A stretch of DNA of 64,000 bases, from assembly GCA_965223265.1 (NCBI GenBank), contig OZ244999.1, positions 4,512,001 through 4,576,000 on the forward strand, written 5' to 3'. Of this stretch, positions 28,096 to 37,784 are shown in pieces. The notes beneath the pieces were generated by a model. The model searched no databases. It saw only the letters and a list, made by a program, of their open reading frames with translations, and was not told the origin of the DNA. A program made the translations under genes and the position numbers. Source of the stretch: Planctomycetota bacterium. Its GTDB lineage: Bacteria; Planctomycetota; UBA8108; SXIK01. Position 1 is the first letter of the stretch. The number at the start of each line of letters is the position of its first letter.

Positions 28096-29595
28096 CTAGT
28101 TGCAGCTCGTCGAGCCGACTGGGCAATCCTCGAGCGTGACGCCCTCCGCGGTGCCGCACGACGGGAACGGCGCTGCCGGAGCTGGGAAAAGGTTCCCAGG
28201 AGTCGCGCCGGGCTGAACCCGCCAGTAAATCACGTGCATTGCATCCGCCATGTTGACGCTGCCGTCGTTGTTGGCGTCCGCGGCCGGACCGCATGCGGTC
28301 TGCTCGGTGCCGTAGAACAGGCTGCCGAGGATCCAAATGCCGTCAGAGATATCCACGCGCCCGTCAGCATTTGTGTCGCCGCGGATAAAGAGGGGAAGCG
28401 GCGCGCCGGCCGGCACTAGATTCACGGTTTTAGTCGACGTCGCCGTCGGCGCGACTTCGTTTCCACCGACGACGAACAAGGCCTCGACCGGGTCGCGCCC
28501 TGCGACGTCACCCAGGCCGTTGGTGAAACTAAGGGTCGTCGAGTCCGGTGTACCGCCCTCGGGGATCGACACCGCGCTGCGGAAGCTGATCGTATCAAGG
28601 TGCTTCGTCTCGCCGTCGCCGACGGTGAGAACCGCAGAGCCGGGGTCGCTGACGCTGAGGACAACGCCGACTGTAACTCCAGTCTCGCTGCTCGAGTCGC
28701 TGGTCGCGGCGAGCTCATAGTTGACGAATTCAGGACCGTTGCCGCCGTTCATAAGAGCAGCGTCGCTTCCGGGCTCACCAGCCGTGCCCGCGACCTTGGT
28801 CGCGTCGGCAGCAATGCCGTACGACCAGCCTTGGACGTCGGTCGAAGACCCAGTGGAGGCAACCCAAACCTGCACGGCCGCGGTCGTCGCCAAGTCGGCG
28901 GCAAGATCGCAGCTCTCAGGCGTGAAGGAAAGTTCCAAGCCGGCGACTGGACCGATCCCGCACTTCACCGTCGCCGTAGCGGTCTCCTGAACCGCAGGTG
29001 TAACCGAGCGTCCTGCGACGGTGACATTGATGTCCACCGGTGGGCTACCAGGGACCGCGAGGTCGCTCACGTACGTCAGATCACTCTGAATGTCACCCGA
29101 AGCGCCATCGCAAGCAGTCGCGAGAACCGTGTAATTCGGTTTGGCGACGCTGTAGAGGTCGGAGACCGGTAGCTGAATATCTTCGCCAGTCAACGACAGA
29201 ACGACGGCTTGAATGAAACCGATGTTGGTGTCGCCGTCAGCAATGATCGTCGTGCGATTGAACTGAGGGTTCAGCGTTGCAGCATCCGTTGAATCGAAGT
29301 CGATGCTGTCGAGACTCATGACGGCAGGATCGTGCCGCAGGCCATAAGACCACCCTTGAATCGCTTGCACGCGAATCGTGAGCGCAGCCGTCGCCACGAG
29401 CGCGTCGCCCGGCGAGTACTCTGCCTTGTCGAGTCGGAGCAGCAGGTCGTAACTGGTTGGATCCATGGGGTCGACCTCTTGCGCCCTCAATCCCGACGCC
29501 GCAACGGTCAACAGAGCGGCTGTCATTAGAGCGGGAAGCAGAAAGCCTCTCCCCAACCAACCCAACCGCGGGTGGCAACTCCTACTCAATCGCAT
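28096..29595 (-). CDS. Secreted protein: 2 cohesin-like modules + dockerin-like domain
   Basis: Signal peptide ending LRA-QE; IQGWSYGLRHDP and VQGWSYGIAADA; FIRGDTNADGRVDISD..AADANNDG; AAGGAG RBS before ATG 29595. Confidence 0.85.
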   Translation of the reverse strand: MRLSRSCHPRLGWLGRGFLLPALMTAALLTVAASGLRAQEVDPMDPTSYDLLLRLDKAEYSPGDALVATAALTIRVQAIQGWSYGLRHDPAVMSLDSIDFDSTDAATLNPQFNRTTIIADGDTNIGFIQAVVLSLTGEDIQLPVSDLYSVAKPNYTVLATACDGASGDIQSDLTYVSDLAVPGSPPVDINVTVAGRSVTPAVQETATATVKCGIGPVAGLELSFTPESCDLAADLATTAAVQVWVASTGSSTDVQGWSYGIAADATKVAGTAGEPGSDAALMNGGNGPEFVNYELAATSDSSSETGVTVGVVLSVSDPGSAVLTVGDGETKHLDTISFRSAVSIPEGGTPDSTTLSFTNGLGDVAGRDPVEALFVVGGNEVAPTATSTKTVNLVPAGAPLPLFIRGDTNADGRVDISDGIWILGSLFYGTEQTACGPAADANNDGSVNMADAMHVIYWRVQPGATPGNLFPAPAAPFPSCGTAEGVTLEDCPVGSTSCN

Positions 29596-29817
29596 CTCAA
29601 TCTCCTTAAGCACTCGGTAAAACTTGCGACCCAGACAAAGTGAGAGCGCAAGTTACTCCCCTGCTCCGTAACCCGAACTTTGCGAGCCAGAGGGGACTCA
29701 ACACTTCGAGTCTCGTCTCGTGCGCACAAACAACCCGACCCGACAACGTCAGGCAAAACAGGAAGGCTGATCCGAATTAGGGGCTAGTCCTCTATTCAAG
29801 TCTCAGACGTTCAGACG

Positions 29818-29847
29818 ATTATAGAGGTGCAATTGTCGCGTTGTCAA
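29818..29847 (-). promoter_or_regulatory. Consensus sigma70 promoter
   Basis: TTGACA-N18-TATAAT. Confidence 0.75.
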
Positions 29848-30091
29848 CGATAGCCCACACGCATCAAAACAGATCGAAACGCCACCTTCAGTGTACGTGT
29901 TAAGGCAGGGGAATGCCCTCGTTTCCACGTCAAAAACAGTCGATTCACACCGCAACTGATGGTTGTCGTCCGCTGCATTGTGTGACACACCTCGCGGCCG
30001 TGTGGTGCGCGTCGATATCGTCTGCGCATCCAAGGTAAACCACTCTTGGCTCTAGTGCCTTCGTGACGTTTTTTGTACGGCGTGCCCCAAC

Positions 30092-30131
30092 AAAAAAAAA
30101 GAGCCCCGCAGCGACTCGCTGCGAGGCTCTT
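30092..30131 (-). terminator. Rho-independent terminator
   Basis: GAGCCCCGCAGCG/CGCTGCGAGGCTC stem + T9. Confidence 0.9.
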
Positions 30132-30163
30132 CGCTCAGTTTTCACTGAGGACTTTGATCACAA

Positions 30164-32629
30164 CTACGGGCAGTTGGAAGTCGAGTTACAACCAACGCCA
30201 TCGTCGCTGCCTTCGCCACAGCCCGGGAACGGAGCTGGCGGCGGCGGCCCACCAAGGAACTGGTAGTTGATCAGATAGGTGGCATCCGCGAGGTCGACAC
30301 CGTCATCGTCGTTCGCATCCGCGGCGTCCTGACATGGTGATTCAGGTCCGTTGCGGAAGAGCTCGTTGATGATCCAAACCGGATCAGCAATGTCGATGCC
30401 GCCGTCGTCATTCGCATCACCGCGCAGGAACGTGGTGACTTCACGCGCGCGAATAATCACGTTCGCCTTGATCGTGTCTTTGTTACAGGCCGGACGGCTC
30501 TTACCAGCGATCGTGAAGACGCTGGAGACCGGCTGACCCTGACCGATGAGGCCGTCAACGACCTGCAAGCAACCCGTGACGTCGCCACCCGAGGAGGCAG
30601 GCGAGGTGCTGCTGACGGAAACCTGCAGGATCGACTGCGTGCCAACCAGCGGCAGCTGGTTCGGACAGCCGAAGCAAAGCACGACGGCGCTCGTACCACC
30701 GATCATGCCGCCATTGTTTTCCGCCAGGGCGACAAACGTCTTGTTGAAGCCACCGTCGAACGAGTCCAGCGCCGGGGCGCCGTCTGTGGTGACGCCGTCA
30801 ACGCTGAGGTCGCCAGTCACCTTGACACCGACTGACCAGCCCTGAATACCATCCGGGCCGAGCAGGTTGGAGACGCCGTTGACCCACACAGTCTGTGAGC
30901 CGGTCGCGCCTTCGGCGGTCTCGACGAGGAACTCTGTGTTGAGACCAAGACAGCCCTCACCAGAGCTCGACGGATCGAGGATTTCGCCGTTCGAGACAGC
31001 GCCATCGGTGAAACTGTAGTTGAGCTCGGCGTCACAGCAATCCTGCTGCGGTACGAGCTGGATCGTCTTGCCATTGAGCGTCGGGATGACCGACTGGCCC
31101 GCCTGCGAGACGCGAATCGGTACTGCGTTGCCGGAACCAGACAGGCCGCCAACGTAGGCTACCGAAGCAGAGCCACCACCGGCAGGAATCGTCGCCGAAA
31201 CGCCAATGCGGGCAATCGAGCTCGTCGAGTTGGCCGGCAGGGCGCCGCCAGTCTCGCAACCGGTACAAAGAACGACGGCGCCGACGGCACCTTCGTTGCC
31301 AGCACCAACGGCGAGCTCATGGCGCTCGAAGCTACCGTTCGGATCCAGCGCGGCCTCAGCGTCCGTTCCGCCGATCGAGATACTGACAATGTCAGCGCCG
31401 CTCGCCTGAACACCATACGACCAACCTTGAGCGCCATCGCCGGCGCCGCTGTGGCTGAGGGTCAAGACGCACTCGGCCTCGCCGACTTCGCCTTCACGAC
31501 CGACGATCGCGTCCGCCGGGGCAAACCCAAGCACGAAGTTACCGAGCTCTGGCTCAAGCGCGATATCGCGGCGACTCAAGAACGGCCGCACGGAGATATT
31601 GCCTTGCGTGACGATATTCTGGACCGGTTGGCCGGCACCGCCAGCACCGCGCAGTCCGTTGACATAACTGAGCACTGCGGTTGAACCGCCGGGAGGGATC
31701 ACACCCTCGACGCCGACGTCCGCGACCACAGCCGAATTCGGCAGCGAAACGCCGCCGTCGAAGTCGAGAACGACCGAACTGACAGCGCCTTCATTGCCGT
31801 CGCCAGTCGTAAGTTCTGTGCGATCGAAGCTGTTTCCAGCGACGAGCAGCGCAGCGGCATCACCAGCGAGCGCGATGCTCGTGATGTCGACACCATCGGC
31901 AGCGACACCCAGCGACCAGGCAGTCGCACCAGCACTTGGCCCGCTGTGGACGATCGTCAGCCGGCAAGACCCGGCGGCCAACTCGCCAACCGGCGCGGTC
32001 AAGGCGGCTGCGCCCGAGAAGCCGTAGGTGTACGTATCTTCGACTTCCTTGAGCGCGACGTCTTTGCCGACCTGCTCCGGCACCAAGCTCTGACCCAGTT
32101 CGACGACGCGAGTGGCGACCGGTTCGCCGCCGCCCTGCACATCGTCACGGAATCGCAACACGACCTTCGCCTCGCCGCGCTGCACGGCGGCTGAGACCGA
32201 AATCTTCGCTACTGAAGCGACAGCAGGCAGGACCGCGTTCGGATCGCCAAAGCCGAGGAAGCCAGCCGAAATGGCGCCGTTGCCGCCGGCCAGCTCGGCA
32301 CGTTGGAAGCTATTGCCTTCTTGAAAAAGAGGCTCGGCGTCCGTGCCGGCGATCGTGACATCAAATATGTTAGCGGCAGCATCGATCGAGCCATTGTCTT
32401 CGATGCCCATAACCGCAGCAGTGCAGCCGAACGACCACGCTTGCGCGCCCGGTCCTTCGCCGTTCTTGGTAATGACGACATCGTACACGCCAGAGGCGAG
32501 TGCGAACTTTTCGGCCGAGAGCATGTCTGGGCCAGAGAACCCAATGCTGTACGCCTCCTGCGCGTGCGCGCCTTTCATGAGGAGGACAACCACTAGGGCA
32601 GAGAGTGGAAGCATCCAGAGTCTTTTCAT
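30164..32629 (-). CDS. Secreted protein: 4 tandem cohesin-like modules + dockerin-like domain
   Basis: Signal peptide AHA-QE; repeats AQAWSFG, ATAWSLG, AQGWSYG and IQGWSVG; FLRGDANDDGGIDIAD..AADANDD. Confidence 0.87.
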   Translation of the reverse strand: MKRLWMLPLSALVVVLLMKGAHAQEAYSIGFSGPDMLSAEKFALASGVYDVVITKNGEGPGAQAWSFGCTAAVMGIEDNGSIDAAANIFDVTIAGTDAEPLFQEGNSFQRAELAGGNGAISAGFLGFGDPNAVLPAVASVAKISVSAAVQRGEAKVVLRFRDDVQGGGEPVATRVVELGQSLVPEQVGKDVALKEVEDTYTYGFSGAAALTAPVGELAAGSCRLTIVHSGPSAGATAWSLGVAADGVDITSIALAGDAAALLVAGNSFDRTELTTGDGNEGAVSSVVLDFDGGVSLPNSAVVADVGVEGVIPPGGSTAVLSYVNGLRGAGGAGQPVQNIVTQGNISVRPFLSRRDIALEPELGNFVLGFAPADAIVGREGEVGEAECVLTLSHSGAGDGAQGWSYGVQASGADIVSISIGGTDAEAALDPNGSFERHELAVGAGNEGAVGAVVLCTGCETGGALPANSTSSIARIGVSATIPAGGGSASVAYVGGLSGSGNAVPIRVSQAGQSVIPTLNGKTIQLVPQQDCCDAELNYSFTDGAVSNGEILDPSSSGEGCLGLNTEFLVETAEGATGSQTVWVNGVSNLLGPDGIQGWSVGVKVTGDLSVDGVTTDGAPALDSFDGGFNKTFVALAENNGGMIGGTSAVVLCFGCPNQLPLVGTQSILQVSVSSTSPASSGGDVTGCLQVVDGLIGQGQPVSSVFTIAGKSRPACNKDTIKANVIIRAREVTTFLRGDANDDGGIDIADPVWIINELFRNGPESPCQDAADANDDDGVDLADATYLINYQFLGGPPPPAPFPGCGEGSDDGVGCNSTSNCP

Positions 32630-32984
32630 TTTTTCTCCCCGAAGAAAGAGAATTCAACGATTCGGTGCGGCCGAGCACAGAAGCTGGTTGATCTAAACCT
32701 ACGTCCTTTATGCGCCCGATACACACCTACCCAAACCCGACGACCGAAAACCGATTTTTCCCAGTAATCCCAGGAACCGAAACGAAAGTGCAGCTGCTAC
32801 GGGCAGCTTTCAGCAAGACTGGCCTCTGTCGAGTCATCACCCCGATCACTTAATGCCACAAGCGAGAATCGAAAACAGTCGCGAAAACTCGCTTGAGGCC
32901 CGGATATTTCATGTGACTACGCGCCGCGCAGTAGTGATTGGAGAGCCAACCCTTCCAGTTGAACCCTACAAAGAACCAGCTCGT

Positions 32985-33013
32985 ATTCTATCCACCAGCA
33001 AGGCGCTTGAAAA
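32985..33013 (-). promoter_or_regulatory. sigma70-like promoter
   Basis: TTTTCA-N17-TAGAAT; same boxes as at 35014-35042. Confidence 0.55.
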
Positions 33014-33131
33014 GGCTGTAATGCAAGGAGTTCGATCGCCGTAGTGCGCGTCGTGAAGTTGTTTGCGATACTTTAGGGTTCTGTTTCGTCCCGACTCCAA
33101 GAGTCGAAACCGACTGCATCCGCGCAGGCAC

Positions 33132-33174
33132 AAAAAAAGCCCCTGAGTGCTCTTTGGAGAGTCACTCAGGGGCT
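33132..33174 (-). terminator. Rho-independent terminator
   Basis: GCCCCTGAGTG/CACTCAGGGGC stem + T7; extra hairpin at 33186-33207. Confidence 0.9.
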
Positions 33175-33225
33175 CTGACTCTGAAAGCGCGCGGTTTTCC
33201 GCGCGCTCAAATCAGACTTAGCTGA

Positions 33226-34695
33226 TCACGGACAAGAGGAAGCTTCGCAGCTGATCCCTTCGACCGCATCGATCGTGTCGCAACCAGGGAACGGAGCGGC
33301 TGGCTCCGGGCCACCAAGGAAGCGATAGTTGATCAGGTAAGTTGCATCGGCGAGGTCAACCGACAGATCGTCGTTGGCATCAGCGGCGCGCTGACACGGA
33401 CTCGAAGGACCGTTGCGGAAAAGCTCGCTGATGATCCAGATCGGATCCGCGATGTTCACCTTGCCATCGTCGTTACCATCACCACGAATGAACGTGTCGC
33501 CTTGTGGCGGCGCGATCGAAACGCTGAGAATGGCGGTGGACTGGTTGCAAGGAGGAACACTCTTACCGGCGACGGTGAAGACGTTCTTGACCGGCTGGCC
33601 CTGTCCGACGAGACCGTCGTTCAGCTCCAACGTTCCGTCGGCCGTCTCGGCAGCAGGGTCTGCCTTACCGACCGTAAGACGCAGAATCGACTCGGTGCCA
33701 ACCGCGGGCAACGTATCCGGGCAACCGAAACAGATCACGATCGCCGACGTTGCGCCGTCGCGACCACCACTGTCTGCCACGTTCGCCAGGAAGGTCTTGT
33801 TGAAGCCGCCGTTGAGGAACCCGCCGTCGGCGAGTGGCGCAGCAGCGGTGCCATCGGTTGCGACATCAATGACATCGATCCCGCCGAGCTGCTCGATCGA
33901 CAGCGACCAACCTTGGATGTTGTTCTCGCCCATGTTGGAGACAGCGTTGGCATAGATCTCGAAGTCGCCAGTGCGGGCAACCGAGGCGGCGCCACCGCAA
34001 AGACCATCGTCGTTGTAGCCGATGAGGCCTTCGCCAGTCGCCGAATCGTTCTGCACGCGGGCATCCGACCAACCGAAGTTGAACTCACCCGGGTTGCAGC
34101 AGGAAGGTGGCGGAGGCGCCACGTTGATGACCTTGCCAACCTTTTCTGGAACGATACTCTTACCAGCTTCGGTCACGACCGTCTTGACAGGCTGGCCCTG
34201 ACTGATCAGGTCGTCGACAAAGTTGAGCTCGGCAGTGCTGGCTTCATCGCCGACGGGAACGTCGACCGACAGCGTCAGGATATCCGAAGTCGCCTCGAAC
34301 GGCAGCGTGTTGGGACAACCGAAGCAGAGGACGATCGCCGACGTCGCACCTGAACGGCCACCGTTGAGTTCCGGGGGCGCCAGGAACGTCTTGTCGAACC
34401 CGCCGTTGAACTGGTTCGGATCGCTCTTGAAAGGCAAGTCCGTCGACACTCCGGTGATCGAAGCATTCGCCGGTTCAACGCTCATGGACCAACCCTGAGC
34501 ACCAATGGGAGCAGCGGGGTCAGCCGCTGCATGAGTGAGCTGCACGGTGCAAGTAGCGGACTGGGTGCTTCCGGAAGGCCCAGAAACGTCACCCGGTCCG
34601 GCGATCGCCATCGTGTAGTTGTCGACGGCGTACACACCGCCGCAAAGCAAGAGAGCCGAGCAAACGGCTAGACTGGAAAACCAGAAGTTTTTCAT
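33226..34695 (-). CDS. Secreted protein: 2 cohesin-like modules (CFGC motif) + dockerin-like domain
   Basis: Signal peptide MKNFWF..VYA; AQGWSMS and IQGWSLS; FIRGDGNDDGKVNIAD..AADANDD; GAGGAG RBS. Confidence 0.87.
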   Translation of the reverse strand: MKNFWFSSLAVCSALLLCGGVYAVDNYTMAIAGPGDVSGPSGSTQSATCTVQLTHAAADPAAPIGAQGWSMSVEPANASITGVSTDLPFKSDPNQFNGGFDKTFLAPPELNGGRSGATSAIVLCFGCPNTLPFEATSDILTLSVDVPVGDEASTAELNFVDDLISQGQPVKTVVTEAGKSIVPEKVGKVINVAPPPPSCCNPGEFNFGWSDARVQNDSATGEGLIGYNDDGLCGGAASVARTGDFEIYANAVSNMGENNIQGWSLSIEQLGGIDVIDVATDGTAAAPLADGGFLNGGFNKTFLANVADSGGRDGATSAIVICFGCPDTLPAVGTESILRLTVGKADPAAETADGTLELNDGLVGQGQPVKNVFTVAGKSVPPCNQSTAILSVSIAPPQGDTFIRGDGNDDGKVNIADPIWIISELFRNGPSSPCQRAADANDDLSVDLADATYLINYRFLGGPEPAAPFPGCDTIDAVEGISCEASSCP

Positions 34696-35013
34696 TTTTT
34701 CGTTCTCCTCTCTCGTGCAGCCCAAATTTGGCTGCAAGGAAGAAACATTTGAGAGGCCGCCTAGACAAGCTAGAAAGCCTACCCGAGAAGACCCTTAAAA
34801 CCCGAAAGTCACCGAATTCACCGAAACGTCCGAAGAATCACACTCCGCGGACGGTCGAACCGTTGTGTCCGAAGCCAAGAGAGCTACTCCGACAGTGCGG
34901 AAAGCCGATGTCAGGCTTCTGAAGAAACAACTCGTTCATCCTACCCAAAACAACTTGCTCTAAGTGTGAACCGCCAAGATCAGGGCAGATCACTCCCGAA
35001 ATAGAGCATTCAG

Positions 35014-35042
35014 ATTCTATCCCGCCCCTGGTCCCATGAAAA
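35014..35042 (-). promoter_or_regulatory. sigma70-like promoter
   Basis: TTTTCA-N17-TAGAAT. Confidence 0.55.
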
Positions 35043-35112
35043 GAAAGTTTTCGTTGATTCTCATCAGAATCCGCGGTTGCGTCTGTCGCCGTCTCGAGCA
35101 AGCGGACAGCTC

Positions 35113-35159
35113 AAAAAAAAAGGCTCCATGACCACTGCCCTAGCGGCGGTCATGGAGCC
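35113..35159 (-). terminator. Rho-independent terminator
   Basis: GGCTCCATGACC/GGTCATGGAGCC stem + T9. Confidence 0.9.
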
Positions 35160-35199
35160 CTACTCTCACGAGTGAGACCTCACAGATAAGGCTTCTTTC

Positions 35200-37146
35200 C
35201 TATCTGATACAGGCGGTGCCTCCCTCGCAGTCAAGGTGGTCCGGAGTCGGGTCTGGACCGGGCTTCGAGAACGTCCCGTCCATGTTGAGACCGCTTCCAG
35301 GAGCCGGCGGGAATGAACCACCCTTGAACAGGTAGTTGAGGATGCAGAAGGCATCGGCGAGGTCAAGACGACCGTCGTCGTTGCAATCGCACGCATCGTC
35401 ACATGGTGGCTCAAACATCACCCAGAAATTCGGGAACAGGTAGCTGACGACCGACGCGGCGTCCGCGATATTGATCGCCATTCCCATTTCCTCGCCCGAG
35501 AAGTTGCAGTCACCGCGGAAGAACACCGCGTTGCCAACGACGTTGACGTTGCAGTTGGTCGTCTGCGGCGAGCGTGCCTGATTCTCAGCGGAGATGATGT
35601 TCTTGTTCGGCACCTTGGTGGTGCCATTGAGACCGTCTTCAAAAGCCAGCGCGAGTGAAGAGTCACACTTGGCGTTCTCGGAGATAGCGAAATCGATACA
35701 GCCAATGCTCTGGAAATCAGGCAGCGGCGGAATCGTAGCGCCATCGAAAGGCGGTTGAGCATCCACCAACACAGCGATGACGAGCTCACAGCCGTCACCG
35801 TCGTTCGGATCGTTGTCGCGCTGCGTTGCTACGAACTCAGCACCGATGGCCTCGAGGATCGTCCCCGAGATATCGAGATCCGAAACGGCCTGCATCTGGC
35901 AATCGAACGACAGCACCATGGAGAGACCCTGAATGTGATCCGGCTGTTCCGGAACACCTGGGTTGTTGTCCTCGGGGCTACGCACGAAGAAACAGACCTC
36001 GACGATATCGCCCTGCTGACCCGTCACATCCGTGATCGTGCCATCCGGCTGCATAACGCCGCAAGCAAACGCCTGCTGACAGTCGGAGTCCTCAAGGTCC
36101 GTCGCGCCGTCGCCGTCATTGTCGATGCCGTCGTCGCAAATGCGCTCAACGTTATCCTGAATGATCGGCAAAATCTCGACGGCACCGTCGTCGCGGTCGT
36201 CGATATCGAACGATTGACCACCAGCGACAAAGACGTTGTCCTTCGCCGGATCGCCGAGGACACCGTTACAGAACGCAAGCGGCGACAGGAACGGGGATTC
36301 ACCCGGAGCCGGACTGTTCAGGACGTTGTAGTTGTAGACCGCAACGTCATGGACGCCCGGTGCCAACGTCTGGCCCGCGAACGGCTCAACAACGTCGTAG
36401 ATCACAGCGATCCAACCGCCCGCACCCGGGTCGACTTCCGTAGCGATGAACTCCGCGTCAGCGGAAGCACTGCCAGGATCGATGCTGGTGAGCTGCAAAT
36501 CGCCGCCGTCGTGGCAAAGAGCGACGACAAAACCTTCGACGTCGACGCAGTTCTCAAGAACCACTGTCGCCGAAGCGGTGTTGTTACCTTCGTTGCTGCC
36601 GGCGACCGTCAGCCGCGGCAAACAATCGACAACCGTGATCAAGGCGTCACCGCCGAGACCGAGGCCATCGCCCGCACCGATGGAAAGCCCGCCGACAACA
36701 ATGATGTTGTCGAGAAGTGGGCCACCGTCGACCGTGGCGTACTTGCCATCAACGAACTGAAGGTTCAGATCGCCGATCGCGAGCGTGTTGATGACGGCGG
36801 TACCAAGGTCGCTGCTGCCAGCGGGAATGACCTGACCAGCTGTGCCGTCATTGTCCATGACAACGCCGAGAACCATGTAGTCGGCCTCGACGCGCTTGAC
36901 GCGGGTATCCGCGCTCATGACAAGCGCCGACATGAGGAAATCGACGCCCGATCCTTTCGCGCCGTCCCATTCGAAAGCCGCCACCAAGCCTTGAACTTCG
37001 GAGTCCGAGTTCAAGGTCAAGGAGACGTTGGCATTCTCGCCAACTTTAACAGTGTCGCTTCCAAGCTCCAAACTGTTCTGACCCATTAGAGGCAGGGCCA
37101 GCAAACAGAAGGCTGGAAGGAAACTCCAGTACCTCAATTGCTTCAT
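35200..37146 (-). CDS. Secreted protein: 3 cohesin-like modules, Cys/Asp-rich motif, dockerin-like domain
   Basis: Signal peptide; TVKVGENANVSLTL..VQGLVAAFEWD, VEGFVVALCHD and IQGLSMVLSFD; CDDGIDNDGDG..DC; FFRGDCN..ACDCNDDGRLDLAD. Confidence 0.85.
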   Translation of the reverse strand: MKQLRYWSFLPAFCLLALPLMGQNSLELGSDTVKVGENANVSLTLNSDSEVQGLVAAFEWDGAKGSGVDFLMSALVMSADTRVKRVEADYMVLGVVMDNDGTAGQVIPAGSSDLGTAVINTLAIGDLNLQFVDGKYATVDGGPLLDNIIVVGGLSIGAGDGLGLGGDALITVVDCLPRLTVAGSNEGNNTASATVVLENCVDVEGFVVALCHDGGDLQLTSIDPGSASADAEFIATEVDPGAGGWIAVIYDVVEPFAGQTLAPGVHDVAVYNYNVLNSPAPGESPFLSPLAFCNGVLGDPAKDNVFVAGGQSFDIDDRDDGAVEILPIIQDNVERICDDGIDNDGDGATDLEDSDCQQAFACGVMQPDGTITDVTGQQGDIVEVCFFVRSPEDNNPGVPEQPDHIQGLSMVLSFDCQMQAVSDLDISGTILEAIGAEFVATQRDNDPNDGDGCELVIAVLVDAQPPFDGATIPPLPDFQSIGCIDFAISENAKCDSSLALAFEDGLNGTTKVPNKNIISAENQARSPQTTNCNVNVVGNAVFFRGDCNFSGEEMGMAINIADAASVVSYLFPNFWVMFEPPCDDACDCNDDGRLDLADAFCILNYLFKGGSFPPAPGSGLNMDGTFSKPGPDPTPDHLDCEGGTACIR

Positions 37147-37784
37147 CTTTTCCTCCTCGAGGCATCATGCTCCAACGTAATGATCATTGAGAGCGGGTTG
37201 TCCCAACCCTGCTGAACGCAGCACCTCCAAGTGATGGTCCCGGACTTAGTGGTTCGAATCGGTTTCGGTGTCTCTTTTAATTCGCGTTTCCGCGCGCGCA
37301 TTCACCAACAGCCTTCATGAATGCGGACCGACGCTCAATCGGCACAAGATTGTCACGGCGAAGCGACGCAGGGTCTCCCTAATCGACCCGCATGTCAGCG
37401 TCCGCCTTCCCAACTCAGCCAGGCGTCAATTCTAACGGGAAACTGCCGACGGGGCGACCCCATCGTCGATGAATAACTTATTTTGCTCTCTTCACTACGT
37501 GCCAATGCTGCCTCACATGGTCTGGGGAAAACAGACCCGAAGAGGGTTGCACGAATGCTCACGACGAGCGTTTCTCCGCAGAGAACGAACCTCGACATCA
37601 CGAAAGAAAGTGTCGAGAGGAGAAACAAGCGAAAATACTCACCGCAAGACCCTGACAACCTGAATCCTCGCAATCCTTCCAGAATCCGTCCCGCGGTTGC
37701 AACCGCGCGTCACCCAACCACAGACGAGCGCATGGCCTACCCGCGACACTCGTCTGGATCATGGTCCCAAACCCAGGCCTCCTC

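Noticed and set aside
21970-37146. A classical cellulolytic cellulosome
   Set aside because: No glycoside hydrolase, recognisable CBM3 or SLH domain in the window; a degradative role is unsupported
37395-37673. 92-aa ORF in the long leader
   Set aside because: No motif or clear RBS, and atypical composition
29596-37780. Known riboswitches (e.g. c-di-GMP) in the long leaders
   Set aside because: Hairpins are present, but no conserved riboswitch core is recognisable by eye
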